A stretch of 63,989 nucleotides of DNA, filler included, from Piptocephalis cylindrospora (Eukaryota), in NCBI GenBank assembly GCA_003614145.1. It is 6 parts of 6 records of this genome, joined end to end, with 100 filler letters (N's around TTAATTAATTAA, not from the genome) between each part and the next. Parts side by side here need not be neighbours in the genome. Positions count along the whole stretch, not along the records: positions 22,717 to 33,836 come from KZ988008.1; positions 33,937 to 45,022 come from KZ988009.1; 4 more parts are not named here. One strand, given 5' to 3'. Positions 24,021 through 36,056 of this stretch are shown here, piece by piece. Every line of letters starts with the position of its first letter. Positions within the stretch are counted from its first letter, which is position 1. The notes beneath the pieces were generated by a model. It had not been told where the DNA came from. It worked only from the letters and a program-made list of their open reading frames with translations, and did no database searches. The position numbers and the translations under genes were made by a program.

Positions 24021-26871
24021 GAGAGAGAGATGAGAGAGGGAGAAGGGAGGGGGGAGGGGGGGGGAGGGAAGGGAGGGGGAAGGAGAGTAAGAAAGAGAGA
24101 AAAGAGTGTGGAAAGAAAGTGAGGCGGACGTGTGCTGTTCACGTCAAGATAAGCATTCAGGCAGAGAGGGAGGCAAAGGCAGAGAGAAGAGTGGGCAGGC
24201 ACTGATACACGTTCCCAGGACACTCAAAGGGGGGAGAAGAATGGCTGTCAAGGTAGCGGAGGTGGAATTCCTGAACAGTGTGCGTGAGTGTGAGCGCGGG
24301 GAAGGAGGGACGAGGTGTTTGCCTTGGATAAGGGTAGGGGAGGCACGAGGACAGTGGAAGGATGTCTCAGAACAGAGGTGTGGGAAGAATGGGAAGGCTG
24401 TGAACGAGGGAGAGGCCGGGGCGGGGAAGAGAGAGAGGCACTTTCAGGGGAGGACAAAGGTAGGATGATCGTCGAGTTAGTGGTCAGACCATATGTTGCA
24501 AATGAGAGTTGGAGGGAGGAGAGAGGGATCCAACTAGGCTGAACTTCTCGTACTGTGGGGAGATCAAGAGTGGAAGCACCGATGGTACAGTGGGGAAGGA
24601 CGAGGGCAGAGGGCTGTGGTGGAAGGAAAAGAAAGGAGGGGAAAAGTCTCCTCCACGGGGTAGGTGCTCTCTTGGCGCTGACTCAACAACACGTACTTAT
24701 ATTTCCTGAGTGGGTGCAGCAACGACAGGTGCAGTAGGTGACAGGTGACGTGTGGTGGTGGTCATGGACACCGGTCCTCTCCAGTCTATCGGAGTGCTCA
24801 TCACTCACACCTGGCCTTTGGCCTGATGCGGCAGTATATTCTGAGGGGCGTGGCTTTTGCTGTTGTTGCAGTGGCGAGGGAGATGAAGCAAAGTTTCCGT
24901 CATCCTAATTATGTTCAAGATGCTCTCTAGACCATGCATGCGCGCCAGCCCTAGAATGAGGGCTCATCAGGATGATTTGATCTTTTCTTCCCTGAGGCAC
25001 TGATGTAAGGATAGACCGTTTCAATAAAGATAGGTGGGGCAAAGGGATCGTCACACTTACCTACCATAGACAGACGCCGTCGGGTGGCGGAGAAAGTCGG
25101 AGGGCCGACCCGCACACACTTAACAGTAGATCAATGCGCAAGGGCGCAGGCTTGATGAGGGATTTTCAACCTCCGCCCCTATATCCATGTGTGAAATCAA
25201 CCCGTTCCTTCCGTACGGATGATAACAGCCCTAAAAACCCAACATCACCTCTCTTTTGAGCATGCTGACTCAGCAAGCTATTGTTATCTGGGCCATAGGG
25301 AGAGGGCTATAGTGAGGGCTTTTATGGAAGAGCACGTTTAAGTTATACGTTTTATTCATCAAGATAGTCAAAAGAGAGTATACACTATCACTGTGTCCTG
25401 TATGCGTCTGCTCGCTACTCTGCTCCAAAACGGTAGAGCGAGCGTTTCCATCTCAGCATTCCCGGCTATCGCAAGACCATGGCAAATGAACGGCCTGTCG
25501 CAGCCACGTTAGTCAGTTATGATAGGCCTATTCCATCCTACATATCACAATTCACAAGCCGACAGGAGTCTCGTTTTTCTGAAGAAATACATCGATACAC
25601 CTATCTAGGTGTATACGGCTCAGGTACGGCGATACATATTGGAGTCTGCGCTTTGGGAAGAGGTTTTACTCGATGGCTGAGATTAGCCTGGGGCCCCTCT
25701 CCTGAGCGATGGAGAAAAGTACGGGGGAACAAGAGTAAATGCCCCTTAAAGCGGGGGGAAGGCTAGAGACGAGGGAAAGGGATTAATGACGAGATGAGAA
25801 TGCATGTATAAAATCACGTCACTTTGAGAGGGGGAAAGGGTTAGGTCCTTCATCACTACTCTTGCGCCCGTTGATAGAATGAATCATGGATCAGAACCGT
25901 GATGGTCGTAAACCACTTGGTCGTCATCTTCACGAGCGAAATGACCTCCGGAGCGCTGCTGATCGGTATGCTTCGCCATTGTGTATCCCTCACATGCATG
26001 TTATTGTATACGCTATAATGGAAGCAGTAAGGAACGAGCCGCATCTCATGAAAATCTTGTCCGCAGTGTAGTATTAAAAAAAGCATGTGTCCAGCAATTC
26101 ACGGCCAGAATAATGTTTTCAGAAGTGACAATTTCCATGGACTGAGGGATGAGAGTAGCATGACATTGTACATTTGGCAATCGATAGATCTAGTACCATT
26201 GTCTTCTCGGAGAGCGGTATCGCGCCTTGAGAGAAAGCGCTCACCCTCCCAAATGGTAATTTTGACCGCATCATCAATCCTATCTTTCCCCACTTATCTA
26301 GGATGGTAAGAAGCACTCATCATTTGCGACGATTACCTTCATTCTCACGTCGGCACTAACAAAGTTAAGTTGTACCATGTGGATCACGGTCGTACTAAAA
26401 AAAGGGAAAGGGGTAATGTACTGGCATATATCTCAACTAAACAGCACAAAAAATAGATATATGGAAATGTCATGGCATGTAAATAGTAAACTCGAATCAG
26501 CCCAGAATGAATGCACGTTCAATCGAATTGGACCAGGGAGAGGGATAATGAGTCGATCATGGAAGATAGAGAGGGAATGGTCATCTCTTTCTGAAGCAAA
26601 ATCAGCACATGCTTAAGCCGCTCTTTCACACTCCCCATCGCCGATACAGCCCCATCATTAGTATCTCAAATGCATACCCATATCCTCATTTAGAGAACAT
26701 TTCTTTTAACCTCTCTCTTTTCGCCCCCATCCCAGCCTCCCTTCCTCCTCTTCCTCTCCGGCTACCCTCTTTGGTCTCTAGCCATCCCCTTCTGCTCGCC
26801 TCAGGTAGCCCATCGTAATGGTATTACTCTCAGACCCCCCACTCTTCTTCTATTCCTACTCGACACTCAAA

Positions 26872-27903
26872 ATGATTATTCTACCCGTCGCCACCCTTCT
26901 CCTGACACTAAGCACAGCCACCTCGACTCATCCTTCTCCCTCCTCCAGCGTTGTTGCTCCTTCCTCTTCGGTTTTGACCTCAAGCTCCATCCATAATCAT
27001 GAACCCTTTGATGAATTTATGAAACACGACCTTTTCTACCTCAAAGACGTCAAGAAAATGGTCGTATTTTCCCATACGAAAAAGTACCACAAATATGCCG
27101 TGCAAGGCATCGCCAGAAACATCTCTAGGCAGATGGAGCCTGCTCTGGAGGATATTGCACTAGCGGAGAAGCAGTTGGGGCTGCTTTTCAATGAAACCTC
27201 CTTTCAGAGCCATGCTTTCAAGGTTATGGAGAGCCTTCGTCGCTCCACCCTTTCCCTGCCTGATCTTATTGAGGCAATGAAGGTCATTGAGCCCCGAGAC
27301 GATAGAAACTTGAATATGACTGACGCTATGAACAAGAAGGCTTTTCAAGCCCATGTCTGTTCCCTTGTCACCATGTTTCAAGAGAAAGACTTCACCAACG
27401 TGGATGATTATGTTGCTGGAGATCAGATGAACAGCTATGAATATGCCCATCTGCGATCCTGGGAACGCTTCCTTGTCCTCATTCCCCGGGCTTACCATAT
27501 GCTACGGATTACTGGATTTTTGCAGGAGCTAAGTCTAAGGCCCGTGACTCTTCTCAAAGCCGAACGGCCTTCCGACCTAAGCCCCTCCATTAAGGCTCAT
27601 CAAGAATGGTTAGCCGCTATGAAGGTGCCTCCGATTGGCTTTCTTATGTATGATCACGAGGTTACGAATATTGAAAAGCTGAAACATCAACTCAATGATT
27701 TTGGTCGGGCTCCGTATCGCTCCTTTAAAAGCAAATACGAGGACGATGAAAATCGTAGCAGGATGGCCCACCATATCTCTGAGGCTGCATCTGAGAGTAA
27801 GGATGCCGCACTAAGCCTTTTGCTTTCAATTCGCTTAGCAGGGATTGAATTTCAGAGTGATTTGACTAGAGATGTTAGGTACACTAATCCTGATGATAGC
27901 TAG
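26872..27903 (+). CDS. Secreted hypothetical protein
   Basis: Signal-like MIILPVATLLLTLSTATS, Ser-rich linker, then about 300 aa with no domain I recognise; intronless. Confidence 0.7.
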   Translation: MIILPVATLLLTLSTATSTHPSPSSSVVAPSSSVLTSSSIHNHEPFDEFMKHDLFYLKDVKKMVVFSHTKKYHKYAVQGIARNISRQMEPALEDIALAEKQLGLLFNETSFQSHAFKVMESLRRSTLSLPDLIEAMKVIEPRDDRNLNMTDAMNKKAFQAHVCSLVTMFQEKDFTNVDDYVAGDQMNSYEYAHLRSWERFLVLIPRAYHMLRITGFLQELSLRPVTLLKAERPSDLSPSIKAHQEWLAAMKVPPIGFLMYDHEVTNIEKLKHQLNDFGRAPYRSFKSKYEDDENRSRMAHHISEAASESKDAALSLLLSIRLAGIEFQSDLTRDVRYTNPDDS

Positions 27904-29813
27904 AACAGTAAGTCAGAGGGTCATCACGTCTCTTAGGGGATTCGAGCATCTTATGCTTTGTAATCCCTTTTCAACTGATTGCGGACGAATAAGGCAATGG
28001 GGATACAGTACTCTGTTTCTTGGTCTCATTTCCAGTACACCACTCATCCTTCCCTTGAGCTTACTTGAATGCGTGTAATGGAAGCGTCCGAAAAATGTGT
28101 TGCATCAATCCAAGCGCAATCATATCGCTTTGCCTTCCTGACAGAGCTATATACGACGTGTGTCCATTTCCAAGTACAGTTCATATCCCTACTCATTATC
28201 TCTATATCGGCTGATCTTTGATCATCATGTCATTGCGACTATCTATGCATACAATTGAAAACTCCCAGCCTCACCTCATGAAATGTGTCATAGGCGGCAT
28301 CAGAAGTATATACCCAATCTTTTGATGGGCGACTTTTTCCATCTATCTTTTTTTCAGAATAATGAGAGATGAACGATATAGCCATTGACCATATCCATCT
28401 ATTTAAATGCAAACTACATGCTGACGATGTTGGGTAGCTCCCACTATGCACAAAGGAGTGCACATCCTAATCTCGCCCCTCCCTCAAACCATGCGCTACA
28501 AAGGACAAGGACACCCTTGGACCCCATGTAACTTTACCTTTATCCTACATGGGAACCTCAGCCTGGTCCTTGTTCAAGTGCTCCAAGTTCCCATCCCATG
28601 AACCCCCTTGCCTTCTTCACAAAATGCATCTTCTTCCTCTACCGTTACCCCCCTATACTCTCGTCCATGAGTCTCATTGTAGCGAAGAAGAAAGGCATAG
28701 GTGGCTGGAAATTTGATCGCTTTTCGCATCAGTCTGAAGAATACATATTAAATTTCCCTCTTTTTTTCCCTTCCCTTCTTCCTCGTGAACCCTCCCCGGA
28801 TTAAGATACCCCTCGATCAAAATTGATTTCCAGTTGAGAACACGTCCCCCAGTTCCATTTTGCCGATCCAAGGTTCCTCAAGATAAAGCCAAGTCCTGAT
28901 TAAAACTCCCAAGACCAAATTCCATGCCCTTCAAATTCCATCGTAAAATTTAGATTTCCATTTCAACATAACAACGGATACCAGGGCCACTTTGCCTTTT
29001 AAGGCGGATAGGAAAGCCAGAAGACAAGGTTAGTTTATATCTTGCATTCATTCAATATCAATGCCAATACCAGTACTTCTGTTGATCTCATTCTGGGCTC
29101 AGATATCTCGGGGAAACACATTCATACCACCTCCCCCTCCAATCCTTTTTCGGCCCATCCTTTCCTCCACTACCGCGGTGAGCTCGAAAACACCGACAAA
29201 ACTGCTAGAAGGTAGATTCACTCATTTTTTCACCATGTCTAAATTTGGCTTATTCTGTGTATCGTCAGGAAGTACCACACGCATTCTATCCCTCACCCAT
29301 TGCGGACCTGGGCGGTACCAATAAGAAGTAGGATAACTATACCAGTCTCCACTGATGAGATCCAATAGTGATATGCCTTTCCATATGTTTCCCTCCTCTA
29401 ATGCTAGCACCATCATTCAGGTCAGACATTGATCCCTCTTTGCTGAGTCAATGCCTGTGCCACACACATCAACCTTGCCAGCCCACCCAGCCTTCAAGCA
29501 AGAGTCTTGCACGATGTGAATGGATGTCTCTCCTCGCTCGGAGAATCTAGTGCCTTTAAGTGGGTGTGCTCAAGAATCAAATGACATGTGCCTTTCCTAG
29601 TCTCCTCTTTCCCATCAGCTTTGTAATCAATCACAATAATAACATCATCCGTTGCCTTCCTAGCCACAGCGGAAGAACTGTGATCCTCAATCTACTTTCT
29701 CTTCCCTTCCATTCTTGCTTTGCCCCTCCCCTCCTATATATCTGTTACTCACCCCTAACTTTACTTCATCCCAGCCTCACTTCACCCCTCTACCCCTCCA
29801 TCGCATCTTCCAC

Positions 29814-31319
29814 ATGTTCGAGGATAGTCTCGTTAATCGTACTCTTCTCACCATCATCGCCTCATCCATGTCCTTGGTGGCCCCATTGGCTGTCTTGAGC
29901 ACTGCGATCCGCCTCACGGGATACTCGGCTGACCTACCCACGGCGATTGTCGATGCCCTGGGCCTTTGGTGGGTCCGTGTATGGATGGGGCTTGAGCTCC
30001 TCTTCCTCGCTTGGTCCCTCGCCGCTTGCCGCTCCACCCAAAAACCCTCTGTTTACACTCAGCTCTCTGCCATGGAACGAACCGACCTCTTCAACCGTGT
30101 CATCCATCAGATTCACAATCCTCAGGCCTTCTTCGAGGGCTGGTTCGCTGATCAAGGCGCAAACCTCTTGGGTCGTCCGGTCCAGCTCGGCGACATTCAA
30201 TACGATAACGTCGCCGAGTGGATCTCGTGGGCTTTCTTTGGTCTTCCACGCATTCAAGTCGACGCTCAGGAAAAGTGGGCCGGCCAGATTCATTCCATGC
30301 TCGAGGCCCTGGAGAGTCGGCTGGGTGCCCCTTTCCCTCCGGGCTACAACCCTAAGATCCGGTGTATCCGCCTAAACTATGACCCAGTTCACGTAGTTCA
30401 CCGTCCCTTCCTCGTATACCTCTCGGTCCTCACAATGGATTCTCTCCTCAAAGTCGGCCTACGCTTTATGGGCTTTCGTCGTCATGGCCGACTTCCCCGT
30501 TCTCTTCCTCGTGCCATCTTTCCCTCCCTTGACTCCTTCCTCGTCACCACATCCCCCTCCAAGGTCGAACAGAGCAATCAGGTCACCTATTGGTACCGGC
30601 CTGGTTCTCTCCCCTCTCTCTCCTCTACCTCTTCCCAAAAGCCCAAACCCATCATCTTTGTCCATGGAATTGGCATTGGCATCCTTCCGTACATCTCTTT
30701 TATCCTCCGTCTCGTCCGCACCTCCTCTTCAGCTCCGCCTCTTTATCTAGTCGAGTTATCCGAGGTATCCATGCGTCTTAACCTCAATCCCTCGCCGACC
30801 ATCCCTGTTGTCGTCACCGAAATGGCCATGGCTCTTACCGAACGGGGTCATAGTCAAGCTGTCTGGGTGGGTCATTCCTTAGGTTCCTCTGTCGTCGCCG
30901 GCGCCTGCAGATGGGCTCGGGATAGTGTTGCTGCCACCGTCTTCATCGACCCCATTTGCTTCCTCCTCCACTATCCCAACGTCGCCTGGAACTTTGTTCA
31001 TCGTCGCGGCGTCGGTGCCGACGAGCGCTTCACCGAGTACTTTGCCTCTAGGGAACTATCCATCTCCAGGTACATCTCTAGGGACTTTCAATGGTGGCAC
31101 GCATGCGTCTTTGCCGATCAGCTGCCCGGAGGCTCCAATACCTCCGTCTATCTTTCCTCCCTCGATGCCTTGGTCCCCAGTGCCTTGGTCAAGGCCTACC
31201 TCGAGAAGAACCGTGTTCCCACTACCATTATGCCCCATGGCCACGCCGGTTTTCTCTTTCAGTCCAAATGGGAAATTCCCATTTCTCGTCAGGTCCTTTC
31301 CCTGGCTCATGTCTCCTAA
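29814..31319 (+). CDS. Membrane-associated alpha/beta-hydrolase
   Basis: N-terminal hydrophobic segments, IIFVHGIGIG oxyanion motif, GHSLG nucleophile elbow, FIDPICFLL, C-terminal HGHAGF. Confidence 0.85.
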   Translation: MFEDSLVNRTLLTIIASSMSLVAPLAVLSTAIRLTGYSADLPTAIVDALGLWWVRVWMGLELLFLAWSLAACRSTQKPSVYTQLSAMERTDLFNRVIHQIHNPQAFFEGWFADQGANLLGRPVQLGDIQYDNVAEWISWAFFGLPRIQVDAQEKWAGQIHSMLEALESRLGAPFPPGYNPKIRCIRLNYDPVHVVHRPFLVYLSVLTMDSLLKVGLRFMGFRRHGRLPRSLPRAIFPSLDSFLVTTSPSKVEQSNQVTYWYRPGSLPSLSSTSSQKPKPIIFVHGIGIGILPYISFILRLVRTSSSAPPLYLVELSEVSMRLNLNPSPTIPVVVTEMAMALTERGHSQAVWVGHSLGSSVVAGACRWARDSVAATVFIDPICFLLHYPNVAWNFVHRRGVGADERFTEYFASRELSISRYISRDFQWWHACVFADQLPGGSNTSVYLSSLDALVPSALVKAYLEKNRVPTTIMPHGHAGFLFQSKWEIPISRQVLSLAHVS

Positions 31320-31492
31320 TTTCCTTTGCTATCCTCCTCTCCCTCTTGCGTGTGTAATACAGGTTATGTTTTCTCCTCAATTGATTCCTCCATGTGAGGA
31401 TTGGTGCATACATTAAGGAGAAAGGGAGAACAATTCTTTATTTTTTTACTTTTATTCTACCTTGCTAATTCTTTCCCTCCCATCGCATCCTA

Positions 31493-33570
31493 TCAAGGCA
31501 GGAATCGACGAGGCTTGATGAAGAGGACTGCCCCCTCTTCTCCAAGTCCCTCGACCGGCACCTCCCGTACCCCACCACGTCGGGCTTGAACCACCAACCG
31601 GGGAAGCCGCGCTCGACCTGGCTTCAGGGGAAACAGATTGAACCGAAGGAATATCTCTGCCATCGGCAGGATTCTCACAGTCGATCGTGACTTGTACCCA
31701 GCATATGTGAATCCATCCCCTCCAAGTTCGAGTGTCGTACTTACCTCTTCCGTCGTCGTCGCTCCATTGTGCAGTCGAAATGCCATCTCAAACGGCTCAT
31801 CCTGGTATGCGAAAGAAGGCACTTCGAAGGATACCCGGAGTGCGTCCCCTCCCGCTGCACTAATATCCAGGGGAGGCATCGGCAGAAGCGTCTGGGTAAA
31901 AGTTCCATGTCCTCCTCCTCCCCCAAGGATTGTCTTAGAAAGTACGCTCGACCCATCTCCATCTCCTACTCCACCCTTCCCTCCGGCCTCGAGCACCCGG
32001 GAGCGCGAGGCCAGTGGCACCCTTTCTCCCGTAAATCCTAGCTCTGCCTCCGTCATATCACCTTCCTCCATCCCATACCGTCTCCATGTCACCTCTACGG
32101 AACCAAGATCCACAGCTGCTGACAACGTCGACCCCGTTCCCATCCCTGGTTCAGGAGCCACCACATCTACGAGGAAATTGGCGTGGAAGATCTGCCCTGC
32201 TCTCCATACCTGTCGAACAAACGTATGCGGTGCCGTGGAGGATGACCTTACATGAACCCCCGATCCCTCGATCCCTATCCCACGAGCAAAGATATCCTAA
32301 AAAGGAAAGAAGTGAGAAAGAGGAGGCTTAATTTTTTTGGGCAGAAGGGGTACGGTCCACTGGAGTGCATGATTTTGTATAGCCTTGAGGGACTCAACAT
32401 AAAAAAACACAAATTACTTACCTCAAGCGCCAACTCCACCCCATCTACCTCAACGTCCCAAGGCCCATTGCACCGGATCCTTGCCAAGAGCGCATACGTT
32501 TCCATCATTTCTTCTTGCCCCACTTCCTCATCCTCCTCATTCTCATCCTCTTCATTACTCGCCTTATCCTCATCTCCTGCCCCGATCAATTTACGATCAA
32601 TCGGAGCATGCCTTTCCCCTTCATTCACTTCAATCCCCTCATCGCCCCCCTTATCAATATCTGCCCTCCCTAGTCCCTGTGCCACATCCATCATTGAGGC
32701 CTTTCGGATCCCACGTTTAATCATCTCTACATCGAAGAGATGATCAATGGGATGAGTATATGCTCAAGACCATCCCTGACTCCCATTCCCAAATCATCCA
32801 TCACCTCTCTTACCTGCAAGTCGCTTCCGTCGGGAAACGCGCTCAACTCGGTAAGCCTCATAGGCTGCCTCAAAAGGTCTGGACACCCCAATGATTGTGG
32901 ACATACTCTTTTCGTAATAAATACTCTCTTCCTCCATGTCAGTCCCTACCTCGGATCCCTCTTCCGTCTCGCCTTCTTCTTTTGCCTCATCCTCCTCAGT
33001 AATGACTTCGACAATACCATCATGGATTGAACTTCTACGAGATCTCCCCTTGCCTCCACCAGTACCAAGCTCTCCCACTTCCTCATCTCGACTGGACCGT
33101 TTCAAGCCTAGATAGCCACCTTCGTCCACCCTTTCCATTCTCCATTCCTCCCCACCCACCGTCACCTCCCCCACTTCAGACCCTGCCTCTCCTCCCCGGG
33201 TGTCATCCCGTCGAACAGCATACCGGACTCGGACTTGCAAGTGCCGATCAATAGTAGCATGCGTGGTACGGATGTACATGGTCCAAACCCGGCGTTCTCC
33301 TCCAGCAACCGTACCTAGGAGAGCATCCTCAATACTTACCCCTCCCTCTGCATCCTCCCGTTCGTACATGAGATCCAGAGGCTCTGAAACCCCAGATACA
33401 CTGATCCCTGCGCTCAGCCTAACTTGCACCGAATCTTTTTCCTCATTGGTGACAATAAGGGAAACCGGGAACATTTCATGGAGAAAGGCTGGTCCAGCAT
33501 GTACCATTTCGACCTCTACCTTTGGCTCCAGCTGAACAACGCTATGGATGAGCAAAGGATGATGTTAGAA
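31493..33570 (-). CDS. TRAPPC11: TRAPP III subunit TRAPPC11 (Gryzun domain), 3' exons only
   Basis: PAFLHEMFPVSLIVTN, several beta-rich exons, C-terminal FTYAGYK..ILP...FNLFPLKPGRARLPRLVV; 5' part missing towards the contig end. Confidence 0.7.
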
Positions 33571-33745
33571 AGAAAAAAATGACACATTGCACCTCTCCTC
33601 ACATCCCTTTCTTGGGGGGGGGGGGGGGGGGGGGCACACACCCCATTAGGGTGGTGTGGGGGCGAAAGAGTGTCGGGGGTGTCCCCACCACTCTCTCCCC
33701 CCCCCCCACAATCCTCTCGCGGGCCGCCGCTTCTCCCCTACACAC

Positions 33746-33778
<33 letters not shown>

Positions 33779-33836
33779 CCCTTCCAATAGATCATCCCCA
33801 AGCGCATCCAATTCTACAGGGAAGACGGTAAGTTAT

Positions 33837-33936
33837 NNNNNNNNNNNNNNNNNNNNNNNNNNNNNNNNNNNNNNNNNNNNTTAATTAATTAANNNNNNNN
33901 NNNNNNNNNNNNNNNNNNNNNNNNNNNNNNNNNNNN
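33837..33936. other. Artificial contig linker
   Basis: 44 N + ttaattaattaa + 44 N. Confidence 0.99.
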
Positions 33937-34324
33937 ATATTTAAGGCGGCGAAGCGAGGAAGAACACACCCGCTTTGAGGCTCGTCTTTCCGTTTCTCTC
34001 TTCTCTTTTTTCACCTTTGATCCTCCCTTGGTTCGCGTTTCTGTTGGATCCTTGATTTACTTGGTTGAATCATTTAGGTTTCCACAGTCATGATTGACCT
34101 GGGTTTATGGTTTTGACATACGCTGTATGCCAGAGGATATCTTTGTCAACCCATGGGAGAGTGCGTATGCAGCTCCACTCTGTAGTGTTGACACATCCCC
34201 TGCCTGAAAAAGGTCACCTCAACAGCACATGTCATCCCCCATGGGTCAACATCACCATCAAAGATGGGCCTCGGCTCAAGAAAGGAGTATACTTCTGACT
34301 TAGACATTACACGAGAAGAACATG

Positions 34325-34331
34325 TATAAAA
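34325..34331 (+). promoter_or_regulatory. Putative TATA box of the small secreted peptide gene
   Basis: tataaaa about 120 bp upstream of ATG 34449. Confidence 0.5.
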
Positions 34332-34448
34332 GATTCACGGATGGAGAGTATCCAGACAAAATCCATTCTTGAATCCATCAACCACACACTTTGTCCAATC
34401 CTTTAGCATACCCTATTCCCATCCTTACCACTCATTATCCTAGCCAAT

Positions 34449-34706
34449 ATGCAACTGCCCACCACTCTTGTCCTCCTCGGCCTCCTCGCCGCTGCCTCCT
34501 CCATGGCTGCCCCATCTTATGGTGAGAATAGGCAAGAGGCCTCCTACCCTGAGCATCATACCTCCTATCCCGATGACCATTCGGGCAATTCTTACCTTGT
34601 CCGCAGAGCTATTCCACGCAGTATTTTGTCTAAGTTGCCTAAAATCTCCAGCAGTCCTGCTATGCGTGCCATGTTGGCTAAGTTGAAGGCAGGTAATAAG
34701 GTTTAA
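34449..34706 (+). CDS. Small secreted prepro-peptide (signal + acidic pro-region + RR + cationic peptide)
   Basis: Signal MQLPTTLVLLGLLAAASSMA|AP, SY-repeat pro-region, LVRR dibasic site, 32-aa basic C-terminus; TATA box upstream. Confidence 0.75.
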   Translation: MQLPTTLVLLGLLAAASSMAAPSYGENRQEASYPEHHTSYPDDHSGNSYLVRRAIPRSILSKLPKISSSPAMRAMLAKLKAGNKV

Positions 34707-36056
34707 GCTTCGCAGTCACATCTTGCGATTTTCCAAATTCAAACCGCCTCATTTAAAGTCTCCCTTCTCTACGTCTCCTCAGCCGCACTTATGGTCTCCT
34801 GACATACTCCCGAGCCGCAATGGCTGTCCACTGAGCGCTTTCTCACATCACTGCAAAATACAATGAGAAATCTTTCCATGCATTCATTGCACTCCATATT
34901 GTATTTTTTAGCACGGCTGCAGTATGCGTCGTAGATTTGCATGAATCTTTACGATCGATAATAAGACTTTTGAGTGCATTGCTGTAGCTTACGTACTGGG
35001 ATCTTGTAGTCTGGGGAAAGGAAAAACAATGATAATTTAGTAAATTCAATGAAGCATAAGCGCTTACTCGCTGAGAACAGCTTTGATTTTCAAAAATGGA
35101 TATGATAAAGTATTTTCTAGTGCTGCAACCAAGGATAATAAACCTCGGGAAAGAGGCGTGACGGCGTTAGTTTGGGAGGAAAAAATGGCTGTAGATGTGT
35201 GCACATCGTGGGGCCATTGACTCGATAGGAGCCAAGGTCCACTGGAATCTTCGTCTTCCTAATAATACACTAGAGTAGCCATGTAAAAGGAGAAGTGGGC
35301 AGAAGAGACCTTTATTCCACAGCCGTAACCTCTCCTCACACCAACACACACCACCTATCCCAGAATCTGGTACCAGTCTAGTACCGGTCTCCATAGGGAT
35401 GACCAATAGTCACCACACGCACAATAAGAGATCAGATACCTCTAATATGCCCTCACTACTTTTATTGTTAAGACTTTAATCCTATGGCCAGGTCTCGCTG
35501 TGCAGCTTCACTGCAGCCAATACGATAAGCGTCCTATTGCGCCAAAACATAGTCATGAGCTAATGTCATTGTAGAACACAACAAGTACAGAAACAATGCA
35601 GAGACAAAACAGACGGAAAATGTTTATTCATAATGATAGGGTCCTGTACGAATGACCCTTCTCCAACTGCCACTGCTTCTGCTCCTGTCATTGCCACCAC
35701 TACAGCTACCGCCCTTTGATCATAAGCCCTGCTTTCCATGCCGCACATCTACCCCGACCTCACATGTCCACACAAACACACACATACGGGAGAGAAAGAA
35801 AGAGAGAGGGAAAGAAAGGGGATCACTGATCCGTCGTCCTTGATCCATCCGCCTCCCCATCCGCAAGGGTGGTACCACCACCCAATCGATCGGGCAAAAG
35901 GGTCCCACTGTCGGGTTCATCGGAAGGACCAAGGATGGGAGAAAGATTGGGAGAAGGGACACGAGCCTCCCCACTAAGGTTTTGGACATCGCCACTCAGG
36001 TTATGAAACATCTAAAAAAAGATTGAGGGGAAGGGAAGATAAGGGACATGTCCTGG

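Noticed and set aside
33580..33836. ORFs and G/C runs near the end of the TRAPPC11 contig, and similar sequence at 45230-45325
   Set aside because: Homopolymer-rich, low-quality-looking sequence near contig ends; likely assembly noise.
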